Origin: an uncultured Gammaproteobacteria bacterium
GTDB lineage: Bacteria; Patescibacteriota; Patescibacteriia; Magasanikbacterales; GCA-002688135
Assembly: GCA_964536205.1 (NCBI GenBank)
Contig: CAZHVT010000006.1
Coordinates: 8,623 to 72,622 of the forward strand
Direction of reading: 5' to 3'
DNA: 64,000 bases
Made by a program: the position numbers and the translations under genes. Numbering within the stretch: position 1 is the first letter of the stretch; every line of letters starts with the position of its first letter. The notes beneath the pieces are model-generated. The model worked only from the letters and a program-made list of their open reading frames with translations, was not told where the DNA came from and did not search any database. Of this stretch, positions 28,893 to 39,021 are shown piece by piece.

Positions 28893-29795
28893 ATGAAATT
28901 CGACATCATAGGAAAACGAAAATATTGGTACAGCTTTTCCGCTCTTGTAATTGGAGCGTGTGTTGCAGCGATGTTGATGTATGGTTTTAATTTAGGAATT
29001 GATTTTAAGGAAGGTGCGCTTATTGAATTGAATTTTGAGGGAGAGCGTCCAGCGATAGAGTCATTACAAGGTGTTTTGGAGGCACAAGAATTAGAGGGTG
29101 GGCAGGTTGTGTATTTGGGAGATGAGAATGTTCTGATGAGAACTGAACCGCTTGGCCCTGAAAAGCATAATGCATTACTCGCAGCGCTTGATGAAAGTTT
29201 TGGCGCTGAAGTTTATTCTGAAGAGCGATTTGAAACTATTGGTCCGACTATTTCTGAAGAGCTTCGGCGTAAATCGATTAACATGGCAGTCGGTGTGATT
29301 TTCGCGATTATTGTGTATTTGACGTGGGTATTTCGCAGTGTTTCAAAACCTGTTGCAAGTTGGAAGTATGGGGTGATTGCGGTTTTTGCTTTGATTCATG
29401 ATGTGATTGTGCCAGCAGGAGTATTTGCATATTTGGGACAATTTTTGGGAATTCAGATCGATACATTGTTTGTAACAGCCATGCTGACCGTTATGGGGTT
29501 TTCTGTGCATGATACAATTGTTGTGTTTGATATGGTTCGTGAGACGATTTCTGATGGTGCGACTTCTTTTGAGAAGGCTGTGAATGATAGCGTGAATAAA
29601 ACGCTTTCACGATCTATCAATACATCACTAACAACACTTGTTGTTTTGGCAGCGATTTATTTCCTTGGTGGTGAGAGTGTGCGATACTTTTCACTTGCTA
29701 TGATGATTGGAATTGTTACTGGAACGTACTCATCGATTTTCTTTGCTTCACCACTCCTCGTTTCATGGTATAATAGGCAATATAAGAAATCATGA
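28893..29795 (+). CDS. secF: Protein translocase subunit SecF
   Basis: LGIDFKEG, GFSVHDTIVVFD, TLSRSINTS, GTYSSIF. Confidence 0.95.
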   Translation: MKFDIIGKRKYWYSFSALVIGACVAAMLMYGFNLGIDFKEGALIELNFEGERPAIESLQGVLEAQELEGGQVVYLGDENVLMRTEPLGPEKHNALLAALDESFGAEVYSEERFETIGPTISEELRRKSINMAVGVIFAIIVYLTWVFRSVSKPVASWKYGVIAVFALIHDVIVPAGVFAYLGQFLGIQIDTLFVTAMLTVMGFSVHDTIVVFDMVRETISDGATSFEKAVNDSVNKTLSRSINTSLTTLVVLAAIYFLGGESVRYFSLAMMIGIVTGTYSSIFFASPLLVSWYNRQYKKS

Positions 29796-30175
29796 ATATG
29801 AATATTGATAAACCACCGTCAGGAGAGCGCATGCCCAGCGTTTTTGACCAGCTTGATGAAGTCGATGATATAGTGAATGAGACATTGAGAGATATCAGAC
29901 AAGACAATGCTCGTAGAGAGCTTGTGCTGCGTGCATTTGAGGGGATCAAGGAGGCTGCTGAAATTAAACAGAAATTTGATCATGCTATGAAGTTGTTGAA
30001 GGATCACGCTGGCGATCGGAGCCGTGCATACTATGTCTCTGGGCGTATTACCTCTCTTAGAGAATTTTTAGAAAATGTTCCTGATGCAGGTGAAGTGAAT
30101 GATCCTTATGAGGATATAGATTATATTCAAAACGTAGAGAGATTACTAGATGATGTTATCGAAGAGCTTGGCTGA
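29792..30175 (+). CDS. Hypothetical helical protein
   Basis: 127-aa ORF overlapping the secF stop (ATGA). Confidence 0.65.
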   Translation: MNMNIDKPPSGERMPSVFDQLDEVDDIVNETLRDIRQDNARRELVLRAFEGIKEAAEIKQKFDHAMKLLKDHAGDRSRAYYVSGRITSLREFLENVPDAGEVNDPYEDIDYIQNVERLLDDVIEELG

Positions 30176-30220
30176 GTAAATTGGTGTCTTAATTAAAAAC
30201 CACCCTCGTAGGGTGGTGTT

Positions 30221-30667
30221 TTATTGGAAGAATTTTTCTTGTGGATGCTGCTCCTGGAATTTTTCGGCGGCTTGTTTGAATTTCGGATGTTCGATTGGTT
30301 TTCCTTCCTCGTCAAATGCGAGAAGGGGAATCATTTTTATGTGTAGTTCGCGTAGTCCCGTGTCATCCTTGGAACATTCCACCGCTGGAACTGTGGTCGG
30401 ACCGTTTGGATTTACGATTACGTATACTGCTACAATTTTTCCGTCTGTTTGATCCCATGGTATTGCGCTTTTGCAAATCGTAGTTAATTCAGCAGGTAGA
30501 GTATTGCGACTATTTTTTACTGATGGTCGGCAGACGAGATCTTCAAAACCTGGGCAATTTCTTCCATAATTTAGAGTTGCGAATTCTGTGAATTCTTTTC
30601 CTCCGCTTATCCATTTCATTTCAATCAAGTATGCTCTTTCGTGGTTGACGAGATTTCTGATATCCAT
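30221..30667 (-). CDS. Hypothetical protein (orphan cassette)
   Basis: ATG 30667 after AAAGGA; TTGACA-N17-TACGGT promoter; terminator at ~30196-30222. Confidence 0.65.
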   Translation of the reverse strand: MDIRNLVNHERAYLIEMKWISGGKEFTEFATLNYGRNCPGFEDLVCRPSVKNSRNTLPAELTTICKSAIPWDQTDGKIVAVYVIVNPNGPTTVPAVECSKDDTGLRELHIKMIPLLAFDEEGKPIEHPKFKQAAEKFQEQHPQEKFFQ

Positions 30668-30789
30668 GTTATTTCCTTTTGTGATGAGCGAATCTGAACC
30701 GTACAAAGAATTTGCCTAATTGTCAAGTTTCAATCTGTACAAAAGCAAAAAAATGTGCTATACTAGTACAACTAAATTAAGGAGACTCT

Positions 30790-30951
30790 ATGTACGATTT
30801 GTTTTACCGACACCTATTGGCGATTGTGTTTACCACGGTGTTGGCATGTATGTTTTGGGGTGGATATATTGCCGGATCAAATGGATGGCCATGGGCGTGG
30901 GCTGTATTGATTCCGCTTTATTTTTATATTTTTAGCCGATTTAAAGGTTAA
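30790..30951 (+). CDS. 53-aa two-TM microprotein
   Basis: MYDLFYRHLLAIVFTTVLACMFWGGYIAGSNGWPWAWAVLIPLYFYIFSRFKG; AAGGAG SD. Not in the ORF track. Confidence 0.65.
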   Translation: MYDLFYRHLLAIVFTTVLACMFWGGYIAGSNGWPWAWAVLIPLYFYIFSRFKG

Positions 30952-30959
30952 TAATTCTC

Positions 30960-32354
30960 ATGTCGATTGAAACTGTTTTAATGGATATTGGAGAATTTTT
31001 TCTTCGTCTTGCAAACGATCGTCTTTTTTTGGCACATTTTTTGCAGAATTGGGGTTGGGCTTTTTTTGTGTGGCCGTTTATTTGGATGGGTCATATGATT
31101 TTTGTGTATTATCGAATTGCCGAGAATCGTTCAAAGTGGGAATGGATGTTGTTAGCGATTGATGTTCCAAAAGATAATGAACAGGGTCCGCGTGCAGTTG
31201 AGAATATTTTTGCACAATTGGCCGGTGCGCATGCATCTCAAGATATAGAAGAAATTCATTTTGGGGGTGAAACACAGAAATGGTTTTCGTTTGAGATAGT
31301 CTCGATTGAGGGGTATGTGCAATTTTTGATTTGGACAGAAAAGGCATATCGAAATTTAATTGAGGCTACGATTTACGCGCAATATCCTGATGCTGAAATT
31401 ACAGAGGTTGAGGACTATACAACTAGCGTTCCAGATACTTTTCCAAATGATGAGTGGGATGTATGGGGAGCCGATTTTAAATTAGTTAAGCAACAGCATT
31501 ATCCAATTCGCTCTCATATTGAGTATGAGGATTCGATGTCAAAGGTGTATCATGATCCTATGACAGCGTTAATTGAAACAATGAGTCGTATGGGCCCAGG
31601 AGAGCAATTGTGGATGCAAATCTTGATTAAACCGATTGGAATTAAGTGGAAAGAGGCTGGGTATGAGTTGGTTGGTAAATTAGCGGGGAAGCCGAAAAAG
31701 GAAGTTATGAGTATGATGGGCAAAGCTGGAAAGATTCCGGGGCAGATTTGGGATGGAATTATGACACATGGTTTTGGCGGCGCAGGATTTGAGGCTGCAG
31801 AAAAGGAGCGCGAAATGCCATCCATGCTTTTGCATCTTACGCCGGGGGAAAAAGTTGTTATTGAGGGTATTGAGCGAAAGTTATCGAAGATTGGATTTAG
31901 TTGCAAGATCCGTATTTTGTATGTTGGAAAGAAGGGGTATTTTAAGAAATCAAATGCTGTACAGGCTATTGTGGGATCAATCAAGCAATTCAATACTGAA
32001 AATATGAATGCGATTATTCCTGATATGTCTAAGACCGCTGTGACTGCCCATTATGTGTTTAAGGATCAGCGAAAGAATTGGCGAAAGAATCGTATTATGG
32101 CGTGGTACAAGAAAAGAAGTCATTGGGCTGGAACTGCTGAATTTGTATTGAATACAGAAGAGCTTGCGACGATTTGGCATTTTCCTGTTACATCTGAAGG
32201 TAGGGCTGGCGCGCCGATGTTATCACAGACAAAAGCGAAGAAGAGTGAGGCTCCGTCATATTTGCCGACTGAAAATGAAAATCCATTTAAGGCGTCCGGG
32301 GTGGCTCCACCGGCTGCGGGTAAGGGTGAAGCGCCGGTTGATTTACCTACTTGA
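30960..32354 (+). CDS. Membrane-anchored conserved CPR-type protein, partner of the VirD4-like ATPase
   Basis: LAIDVPK..E, WFSFEIVS, IYAQYPDAEITEVEDY and LNTEELATIWHFP motifs, recalled as typical of this family. Confidence 0.7.
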   Translation: MSIETVLMDIGEFFLRLANDRLFLAHFLQNWGWAFFVWPFIWMGHMIFVYYRIAENRSKWEWMLLAIDVPKDNEQGPRAVENIFAQLAGAHASQDIEEIHFGGETQKWFSFEIVSIEGYVQFLIWTEKAYRNLIEATIYAQYPDAEITEVEDYTTSVPDTFPNDEWDVWGADFKLVKQQHYPIRSHIEYEDSMSKVYHDPMTALIETMSRMGPGEQLWMQILIKPIGIKWKEAGYELVGKLAGKPKKEVMSMMGKAGKIPGQIWDGIMTHGFGGAGFEAAEKEREMPSMLLHLTPGEKVVIEGIERKLSKIGFSCKIRILYVGKKGYFKKSNAVQAIVGSIKQFNTENMNAIIPDMSKTAVTAHYVFKDQRKNWRKNRIMAWYKKRSHWAGTAEFVLNTEELATIWHFPVTSEGRAGAPMLSQTKAKKSEAPSYLPTENENPFKASGVAPPAAGKGEAPVDLPT

Positions 32355-32432
32355 GCGTTTAGCTTTTAGCGTTTAGCGGTTAGGGGTGCTTTCTACTGAA
32401 CACTAAACGCTTAACGCTAATCGCTTAACGCT
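32352..32432. repeat. Inverted arrays of 7-mer repeats (TTAGCGT / ACGCTAA)
   Basis: gagcgtttagcttttagcgtttagcggttag ... ctaaacgcttaacgctaatcgcttaacgct. Confidence 0.8.
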
Positions 32433-34373
32433 ATGATTGAATACGATCACGATCACGAAAATGAAATCATCTACTTTGGTGAAACTAACTTCCGTAACAA
32501 GAAGCGGCGTTTTGGTATTAAGACAGATGATCGTCGCAGGCACATGTACATTGTGGGAAAGACTGGTATGGGTAAGACAACGTTACTTGAGAATTTGGTG
32601 ATTCAAGATATTCAAAAGGGTCATGGTGTTGCGTATTTGGATCCTCACGGAGATACAGCTGAGAAGATTTTGGATCATATTCCATCTCATCGTATTAATG
32701 ATGTCATTTATTTTAATCCTGGGGATTTGGGTAATCCCGTAGGGTTTAATGTTTTGGAGTCTGTTGATCCTGATAAAAAGCATTTAGTGACCGCTGGATT
32801 GATGGGGGTTTTCAAAAAGATTTGGCCGGATGTTTGGTCTGCTCGCATGGAATATATTTTGATGAATGCGATTATGGCGTTGCTTGAGGTTCCTGATGCG
32901 ACACTTTTGGGAATTTCGAGGTTGTTGGCCGATAAGACATATCGTGCGCAGGTTGTTGAGCGTATCACTGATCCGATTGTAAAAGCTTTTTGGCGTGATG
33001 AGTTTGGGAATTACACAGATGATTTTGCAAGTGTAGCTGTTGCACCAATTCAAAATAAGGTAGGACAATTTTTGTCTGCATCAATTATTCGAAATATTGT
33101 AAGTCAGGTAAAATCCACGTTTGATATTCGAAATGTTATGGATGAGGGAAAGATTCTGATTGTGAATTTGTCGAAAGGTAAGGTTGGTGAGGATAATTCA
33201 TATTTGTTGGGTGGTATGATTGTTACGAAAATTCAGCTTTCTGCGATGGAGCGTGTTGATATTAAAAATGAGGATGATCGTCGTGATTTTTATTTGTATG
33301 TTGATGAGTTTCAGAATTTTGCGACAGAAGCTTTTGCGGTGATTTTGTCAGAGGCTCGAAAGTACCATTTGAATTTAATCATGGCACATCAATATATTGC
33401 ACAGCTTGAGAATCAAGGTTCGACAGTTATTCGTGATGCTGTGTTTGGAAATGTAGGTACGTTGGTTGCGATGCGAGTTGGTGCTGCTGATGCAGAATTT
33501 TTGGAAAAAGAATTTGAGCCGCGATTTACGATGAATGATTTAGTGAATCTTTCCAAGTTTACGGTGTATTTACGACTGATGATTGATGGTGCTGCAAGTG
33601 AGCCGTTTTCTGCAAATTCGTTAGCGCCGATTTCAAAGCCAACAGGTAGTTATGACAAAGTTATTCGAGCGTCGCGTGAGCGTTTTGCGGTGAAGCGTGA
33701 TGTTATGGAGAAGAAGATTCAAAAATTTTCTGAAGCTATGCAAGGTTCTATGGTTGAGGCTAAGGCTGCAGCAAAGGCTGCGAAGGCTGCAAAAAAGAAG
33801 CCGAAGATTGTTGCAAAGTGTACTGATTGTGGAAACGAATTTAATCCTCCATTTCGTCCGACAGGAGATAGACCGGTGTATTGTCCGGATTGTTATGAGT
33901 TGCGAAAGCAGGGTATTACGCCAACTGCGAAAAATCATGTTCACAAAGCTGGAGCTCCGCCAGATAAATTAGATGCTCCAGTAACTCGAACAGATGCTCC
34001 GCCTGCTCGTACGGTACCAACTCAATCAACTCCGCCTGCGTCTCAAGCAAGTAGCCCTAGTTCATCTCAGCGGTATGAACAACGGCAGCAACGTCGCAGT
34101 CAGCGAACTCAATCTGATCGAGCGGCTAAGCCAATCGCAAGACCTCGTCCTCAAGCATCAGATACTGCAGATGAAATTAGTTTAGCGGATGCTCTAAAGA
34201 GTGCTCCTCAACCTAAGAAAAAACAGAGGGATCAGCGTAATTCTCGAACATCATCACCTCAACAACCATCTCAATCGCGTCATCATTATAAGAAAAACAA
34301 TCAGTCTTTTGATAAAAAAGATGATTCATCCTCCCCAAACAAGATGCAGCCTGGAGATGTTGTGAAATTTTAG
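32433..34373 (+). CDS. VirD4/TrwB/HerA-like ATPase with a CxxC-x17-CxxC domain and a disordered tail
   Basis: Walker A GKTGMGKT, Walker B LYVDEFQ, EARKY..AHQ; CTDC-17 aa-CPDC. Confidence 0.85.
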   Translation: MIEYDHDHENEIIYFGETNFRNKKRRFGIKTDDRRRHMYIVGKTGMGKTTLLENLVIQDIQKGHGVAYLDPHGDTAEKILDHIPSHRINDVIYFNPGDLGNPVGFNVLESVDPDKKHLVTAGLMGVFKKIWPDVWSARMEYILMNAIMALLEVPDATLLGISRLLADKTYRAQVVERITDPIVKAFWRDEFGNYTDDFASVAVAPIQNKVGQFLSASIIRNIVSQVKSTFDIRNVMDEGKILIVNLSKGKVGEDNSYLLGGMIVTKIQLSAMERVDIKNEDDRRDFYLYVDEFQNFATEAFAVILSEARKYHLNLIMAHQYIAQLENQGSTVIRDAVFGNVGTLVAMRVGAADAEFLEKEFEPRFTMNDLVNLSKFTVYLRLMIDGAASEPFSANSLAPISKPTGSYDKVIRASRERFAVKRDVMEKKIQKFSEAMQGSMVEAKAAAKAAKAAKKKPKIVAKCTDCGNEFNPPFRPTGDRPVYCPDCYELRKQGITPTAKNHVHKAGAPPDKLDAPVTRTDAPPARTVPTQSTPPASQASSPSSSQRYEQRQQRRSQRTQSDRAAKPIARPRPQASDTADEISLADALKSAPQPKKKQRDQRNSRTSSPQQPSQSRHHYKKNNQSFDKKDDSSSPNKMQPGDVVKF

Positions 34374-34432
34374 TCTTTTCTGTGTATAAGTAGGCATATC
34401 TGTTTGATGTGTTGTGTTATACTAATTTTTCA

Positions 34433-34458
34433 TGGGTCCCGGCCTTCGCCGGGATGAC
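34433..34458 (-). repeat. REP-like GTCATCCCG element (half copy)
   Basis: TGGGTCCCGGCCTTCGCCGGGATGAC matches the right arm of the element at 63875. Confidence 0.7.
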
Positions 34459-34470
34459 AATTTATAGCTT

Positions 34471-36729
34471 ATGCAATCTACAACCTTTATTCGTCGAGCT
34501 GTCACCACGCTTCTTGTTGCCGTCACCGTTTTGATGCCGGTTTTTTTTCTGCCTTATACTCTTGAGGTATTGGAGTTGAATAAGCATTTTTTGTTGTATG
34601 GATTAGTTCTGCTGGCTTTGATGTTATGGCTGCTTGAAGGCGCTATCACGAGAAAATTTGTTATTCACCGATCTGCGTTTGATGTGCCTGTTGTGGTGTA
34701 TTTAGGGGTTATTGTTTTGGCTGGGCTTTTTTCACTTGATCGTTTTTTAAGTTTTGTTGGTGATTACAATAATATTCAGATGAGTGTATTGGCGGTTGTA
34801 TTTTTGATTGCGTATGCGTTTTTGGTAACGCAAGTATTTATTACTGATCGATCCCGTTTGTATTTGCTGGCCAGCGCAGCTGGTGGAGGTGTGTTAGCTG
34901 GGATTTGGTTTTTGTTGGATAAATTTAAGATTGTTGAATTTTCGGATTTTAGTGTGATTATTTCTAATTCGACTTCGTTGTCGAATTCTGAATTTGGAGT
35001 GTATTTAGTGATGTTGTTGTTGGGTTCTGTTGCGCTGTTGTCTGTGAAAAAGAAATCTTTTTTGATTGATGGGATGGCAGGGTTTGTTGGTTTGTTGTCT
35101 CTGTTTATATTGCTCTCTTTGGGATTTAAGGTTGTCTATATTATTTTGGGTATTGGGCTTGCGATTTTGTTGGCCTTTATGTTGACCTATGCTGATTATC
35201 TGCGATTACCCTGGATTACAGCAACATTTGCATTGATAGTACTTGCTGTTTTATTTGTATTTTTGAAGACGCCTCGATTAGTTGATTTTGATCTTCCTGT
35301 TGAGATCGCTTTGGGGGTTGGATCTTCCTATGATGTTGCATGGGGGGCGGTGACTGAAAATACAAAACAATTTTTAATAGGATCTGGACCTGCGACATTT
35401 GTTCATGACTTTTCTCAATTTAAACCTGAAGCATTGAATGCTAACAATTTTGCGTGGAGAATTAGATTTGGAAAGCCCTACTCGACGTTTGTTTCGATGA
35501 TTGCGGAAACGGGCATTGTGGGAGCGCTGGCCTTTGTGTTTTTAGTTTTGATTGTGTTGGGATATATAACTGGATTGTGGATGCGATCTTTGAGTGAGAA
35601 AGCTCGATCTGCTGGTGCATTTAATGCAAAATCCTCGTTTGTGTATTTGATTGCACCTGTTTGGATTACGCTGTTTGTTGCCATGTTTTTTGTTCACATA
35701 TCCATCAATTTATGGTTATTGTTTTTCATGTTGTTGGCTATGTTGTCGTCAACACTCATGCCATCTGCAAAGCATGATGTTGTTGAAATTTCGTTGAAAA
35801 GTTCACCGCAATATCTGCTGGCAACGTCGTTTAGTGTTGTATTATTATTCGCAGGTGGGATTGTTTTTGCAATTTTTTCCGGAAGATACTATGCAGCAGA
35901 GGTTCAATATACTGATGCGCAAACAACTGCGTCGTCTCCTGCACAGCAAATTAGCATGCTTACCAATGCTACGAATTTAAATAAAAAAAGTTCGCGATAT
36001 CGTGTTGCACTTGCTCAGTCATATCTTAATGAGGCGCGTGTCATTGCTGGACAGGCTGATGGATCGCCAGATTTGATTGCAAGACTTGTTGCAAAGGCAG
36101 TTGATGAAGCTCGTATTGCGACAGAAACTTCGCCGCGAAGTGTTGATACATGGGAAACATTGGCAAATATGTATTTAAATGCTCGATCGTTTACGCTTCA
36201 AGTTATTCCGTTTGTGTCAGATTCGTTTGAAAAGGCTGTTGCGCTTGAGCCGGCGAATCCTGTGTTGCATCTACAACTCGGACAAGCAAAATATGCAGAA
36301 GGTAAAACTACGGAGGCTAAGGAGTCATTTGAGGAAGCAATTCGGTTGAAGGGAGATTATTTGGATGCTTATATTCAGTTGTCTGCATATTATGAAAAGG
36401 AGAATGATTTGGATCGAGCGATTACAGAATTAGAAAGAGCATTACAGGTTGGAAAACAGAATGATGTCTTCTTGTTTCAGTTAGGTCGTTTGTATTTCAA
36501 TCGAGCGAATGATGGTGATTGGGATCTTGCGTTGACTGTTTTCAACGCAGCGCTTGCGGTTAATCCAAATAATGCAAATGCGTTGTTTAGTGCTGGTGTA
36601 ATTTTTGACCGCCGAGGTGACAGAGAAGTTGCATTGAGATATTTTGAAGAAGTTTTGAAACGTGATCCAGGGAATGAATCTGTTGCAACTCGGGTAAAGC
36701 AATTAAGAGGTATTCTTGGTATTCAATAG
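34471..36729 (+). CDS. Polytopic membrane protein (O-antigen ligase/Wzy_C-like) with C-terminal TPR repeats
   Basis: About 12 TM segments, LIGSGPATF...ETGIVG loop motifs and TPR-like helices. Confidence 0.75.
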   Translation: MQSTTFIRRAVTTLLVAVTVLMPVFFLPYTLEVLELNKHFLLYGLVLLALMLWLLEGAITRKFVIHRSAFDVPVVVYLGVIVLAGLFSLDRFLSFVGDYNNIQMSVLAVVFLIAYAFLVTQVFITDRSRLYLLASAAGGGVLAGIWFLLDKFKIVEFSDFSVIISNSTSLSNSEFGVYLVMLLLGSVALLSVKKKSFLIDGMAGFVGLLSLFILLSLGFKVVYIILGIGLAILLAFMLTYADYLRLPWITATFALIVLAVLFVFLKTPRLVDFDLPVEIALGVGSSYDVAWGAVTENTKQFLIGSGPATFVHDFSQFKPEALNANNFAWRIRFGKPYSTFVSMIAETGIVGALAFVFLVLIVLGYITGLWMRSLSEKARSAGAFNAKSSFVYLIAPVWITLFVAMFFVHISINLWLLFFMLLAMLSSTLMPSAKHDVVEISLKSSPQYLLATSFSVVLLFAGGIVFAIFSGRYYAAEVQYTDAQTTASSPAQQISMLTNATNLNKKSSRYRVALAQSYLNEARVIAGQADGSPDLIARLVAKAVDEARIATETSPRSVDTWETLANMYLNARSFTLQVIPFVSDSFEKAVALEPANPVLHLQLGQAKYAEGKTTEAKESFEEAIRLKGDYLDAYIQLSAYYEKENDLDRAITELERALQVGKQNDVFLFQLGRLYFNRANDGDWDLALTVFNAALAVNPNNANALFSAGVIFDRRGDREVALRYFEEVLKRDPGNESVATRVKQLRGILGIQ

Positions 36730-36730
36730 T

Positions 36731-37372
36731 ATGTTGACCGTTATTTGTGGGCCGATGTTTTCAGGAAAAACTGCAGAGTTGATCCGTTTGGTTCGGCGTG
36801 ATCGGATTGGCGGTCGCCGTGTTCAGCTTTTTAAATTTGAGCATGATGCGCGTTATGCTGATAAGAATCAGATGGCATCTATGGATGGTGTTCATTTGGA
36901 AGCAGTTCCTGTATCGGATAGTAAACAGGTTTTAGCACGCTTAGATCGGAGTTGTAATGATGTGGTGATCGATGAGGTTCAGTTTTTTGATGATGGGATT
37001 ATTGATGTGATTCGTGCATTAGTTGAAAGTCGTGTGTATGTGAAGGTTGCGGGATTAACTTTGGATTTTCGTGGCGAGGCGTTTCCGTTTGCTTCTGGAG
37101 AGCGGACTATGGCTGATTTGCTTGTTTCTGCAGACAATGTCGTACAACTGAGCGCTGTGTGTACTGGAATGCGTCCTGATGGGCGCGTTTGTGGTAATAC
37201 AGCATCTCGCACGCAACGATTAATTGACGGTACAGCTGCGTCATATAATAGTCCTGTGCATATTATTGGTGCGGCTGAACTGTATGAAGCGAGATGTTTT
37301 AAGCATCATGAAATTCCTGGCAAACCTGAATGTCCGGTCACACTTGAGCAGTGCATGTTGGAATTGGCTTAG
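36731..37372 (+). CDS. tdk: Thymidine kinase
   Basis: GPMFSGKT, IDEVQF, GLTLDFRGEAF, YEARC. Confidence 0.95.
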   Translation: MLTVICGPMFSGKTAELIRLVRRDRIGGRRVQLFKFEHDARYADKNQMASMDGVHLEAVPVSDSKQVLARLDRSCNDVVIDEVQFFDDGIIDVIRALVESRVYVKVAGLTLDFRGEAFPFASGERTMADLLVSADNVVQLSAVCTGMRPDGRVCGNTASRTQRLIDGTAASYNSPVHIIGAAELYEARCFKHHEIPGKPECPVTLEQCMLELA

Positions 37373-37377
37373 TCGAG

Positions 37378-37490
37378 AAATCTAAAAATCTAAAAATCCA
37401 GAAAGCGATAAAGCGATAAAGCGATAAAGCGATTAAACAGAATGGCTGCACTGTTTTTAGTTTTCTGGATTTTTTGCTTTATCGTTTTCT
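37378..37490. repeat. Inverted arrays of 8-mer repeats (AAATCTAA, AAAGCGAT x4)
   Basis: Direct 8-mers followed by a degenerate reverse complement (ttttctggattttttgctttatcgtttt). Confidence 0.75.
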
Positions 37491-37533
37491 GATGAACGTT
37501 GACTTTTGATAATCTTTCAAATAGGGTACACAC

Positions 37534-38595
37534 ATGACTAATCAACGCGTATTGTTAGCTTTATCAGGCGGGGTGGATAGTGCTGTTGCGGCGCATTTTT
37601 TGTTACAAGAAGGTTATGAAGTGATTGGCGCATTTATGAAATGTTGGTCTGGAGATCACGGATTTGACCCCTGTTGGATTGAAGATCGGCGCGATGCATT
37701 ACAAGTTGCAGCTCAATTAGGAATTCCAGTTGAAACGTTTGATTATGAAGATGCGTATCGTGAACATGTCACAGAATACATGTATGCGGAATATGCAGCT
37801 GGACGTACGCCGAATCCTGATGTGCTTTGTAATTCTTTAGTGAAGTTTGAATTATTATTGGAAGATGCAAAAAAATTAAATTGTGATTTTATTGCGACAG
37901 GACATTATGCACGAGTTGAAAAGCGTGGTGACAGATTTTCATTATTACAGGGAGTTGATTCAAAAAAAGATCAGTCATATTTTTTGCATAGATTAACACA
38001 AAAGCAACTTTCAAAAACATTATTTCCTTTGGGTCGTAAAACTAAAGATGAGATTCGTAGAATTGCCAAGGATTTGAATTTATGTGTTGCAGATAAGCGT
38101 TCTACGCGTGGAATTTGTTTTGTTGGTAATGTCGCATTAAAAACTTTTTTGAAAGAGCGTTTGCCAGAAAAAAAAGGTGTTATCAAAGATACTGATGGAA
38201 ATGTGATTGGTGAACATGATGGTGTGCAATTTTTTACCATTGGTCAGCGTAAGGGATTTGGTGTTGGGGGTGGAGTGCCGTATTATGTAGTTGAGAAGGA
38301 TGCTTTGGAAAATGTAGTTACTGTTGCTGCTGGTGATGATCATCCTGCTTTGTTGGCTTCTTGTGTATCTTTAAAAAATACTCATTGGATTCGAGCACCT
38401 CGTGGTGATGAGGATTTAATTGGACGTGTTCGATATTTGCATTCTGGTGAACCACTTACATTGCAAAATAATTCTGCAACCTTTTCATCGCCCATATCAT
38501 CAGTTCCACCCGGACAATTTCTTGTAATATATAGTGGCGATGAATGTTTGGGGGGTGCTGTTATTGACACAGTACAAACGGCGTGCTATTCATGA
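37534..38595 (+). CDS. mnmA: tRNA-specific 2-thiouridylase
   Basis: SGGVDS, TPNPDVLCN, TGHYAR, KDQSYFL, TIGQRKG. Confidence 0.97.
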   Translation: MTNQRVLLALSGGVDSAVAAHFLLQEGYEVIGAFMKCWSGDHGFDPCWIEDRRDALQVAAQLGIPVETFDYEDAYREHVTEYMYAEYAAGRTPNPDVLCNSLVKFELLLEDAKKLNCDFIATGHYARVEKRGDRFSLLQGVDSKKDQSYFLHRLTQKQLSKTLFPLGRKTKDEIRRIAKDLNLCVADKRSTRGICFVGNVALKTFLKERLPEKKGVIKDTDGNVIGEHDGVQFFTIGQRKGFGVGGGVPYYVVEKDALENVVTVAAGDDHPALLASCVSLKNTHWIRAPRGDEDLIGRVRYLHSGEPLTLQNNSATFSSPISSVPPGQFLVIYSGDECLGGAVIDTVQTACYS

Positions 38596-38615
38596 ACATA
38601 TTCAAAGGAGGATAC

Positions 38616-38921
38616 ATGTACGATTCGGGTAGAGAATTTCGTTTCGGATTATTGATTGGATTCTTTGTTGCATCGATTATTAGTCTTCATGCGTACGGCT
38701 GGTCCCATCATATTTCGATGCTTGTTACAGGCATTACGATCATTTTGTGCATTCCGTATGTACTTGAGTATGGAACGGTGCATTATGCGCGTGCTCGGGC
38801 TACGCTCTTGCGTGAGCGGCATTTGCATAGATTTCAGTCTCAAGACCCCTCTGATCGCAAACAGCGCATTGCGCGTCAAACACATTTACATGCAGTAGAA
38901 GACAATAGCGAGCCAGAGTAG
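38616..38921 (+). CDS. Small two-TM orphan protein
   Basis: AAGGAGG SD before ATG 38616; terminator ACCTG..CAGGT+T-run. Confidence 0.65.
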   Translation: MYDSGREFRFGLLIGFFVASIISLHAYGWSHHISMLVTGITIILCIPYVLEYGTVHYARARATLLRERHLHRFQSQDPSDRKQRIARQTHLHAVEDNSEPE

Positions 38922-39021
38922 TACCTGTACCCACGCGGTGCAGGTTTTTTCTTGCCCAAACATTCGTATTTTACTAAACTATCTATTCGATTCCATAATT
39001 CATGATTCCCGATTCATACTT

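Noticed and set aside
32352-32432. CRISPR or iteron interpretation of the 7-mer arrays
   Set aside because: The period is too short, the copies are degenerate and arranged as inverted arms, and there is no rep or cas gene.
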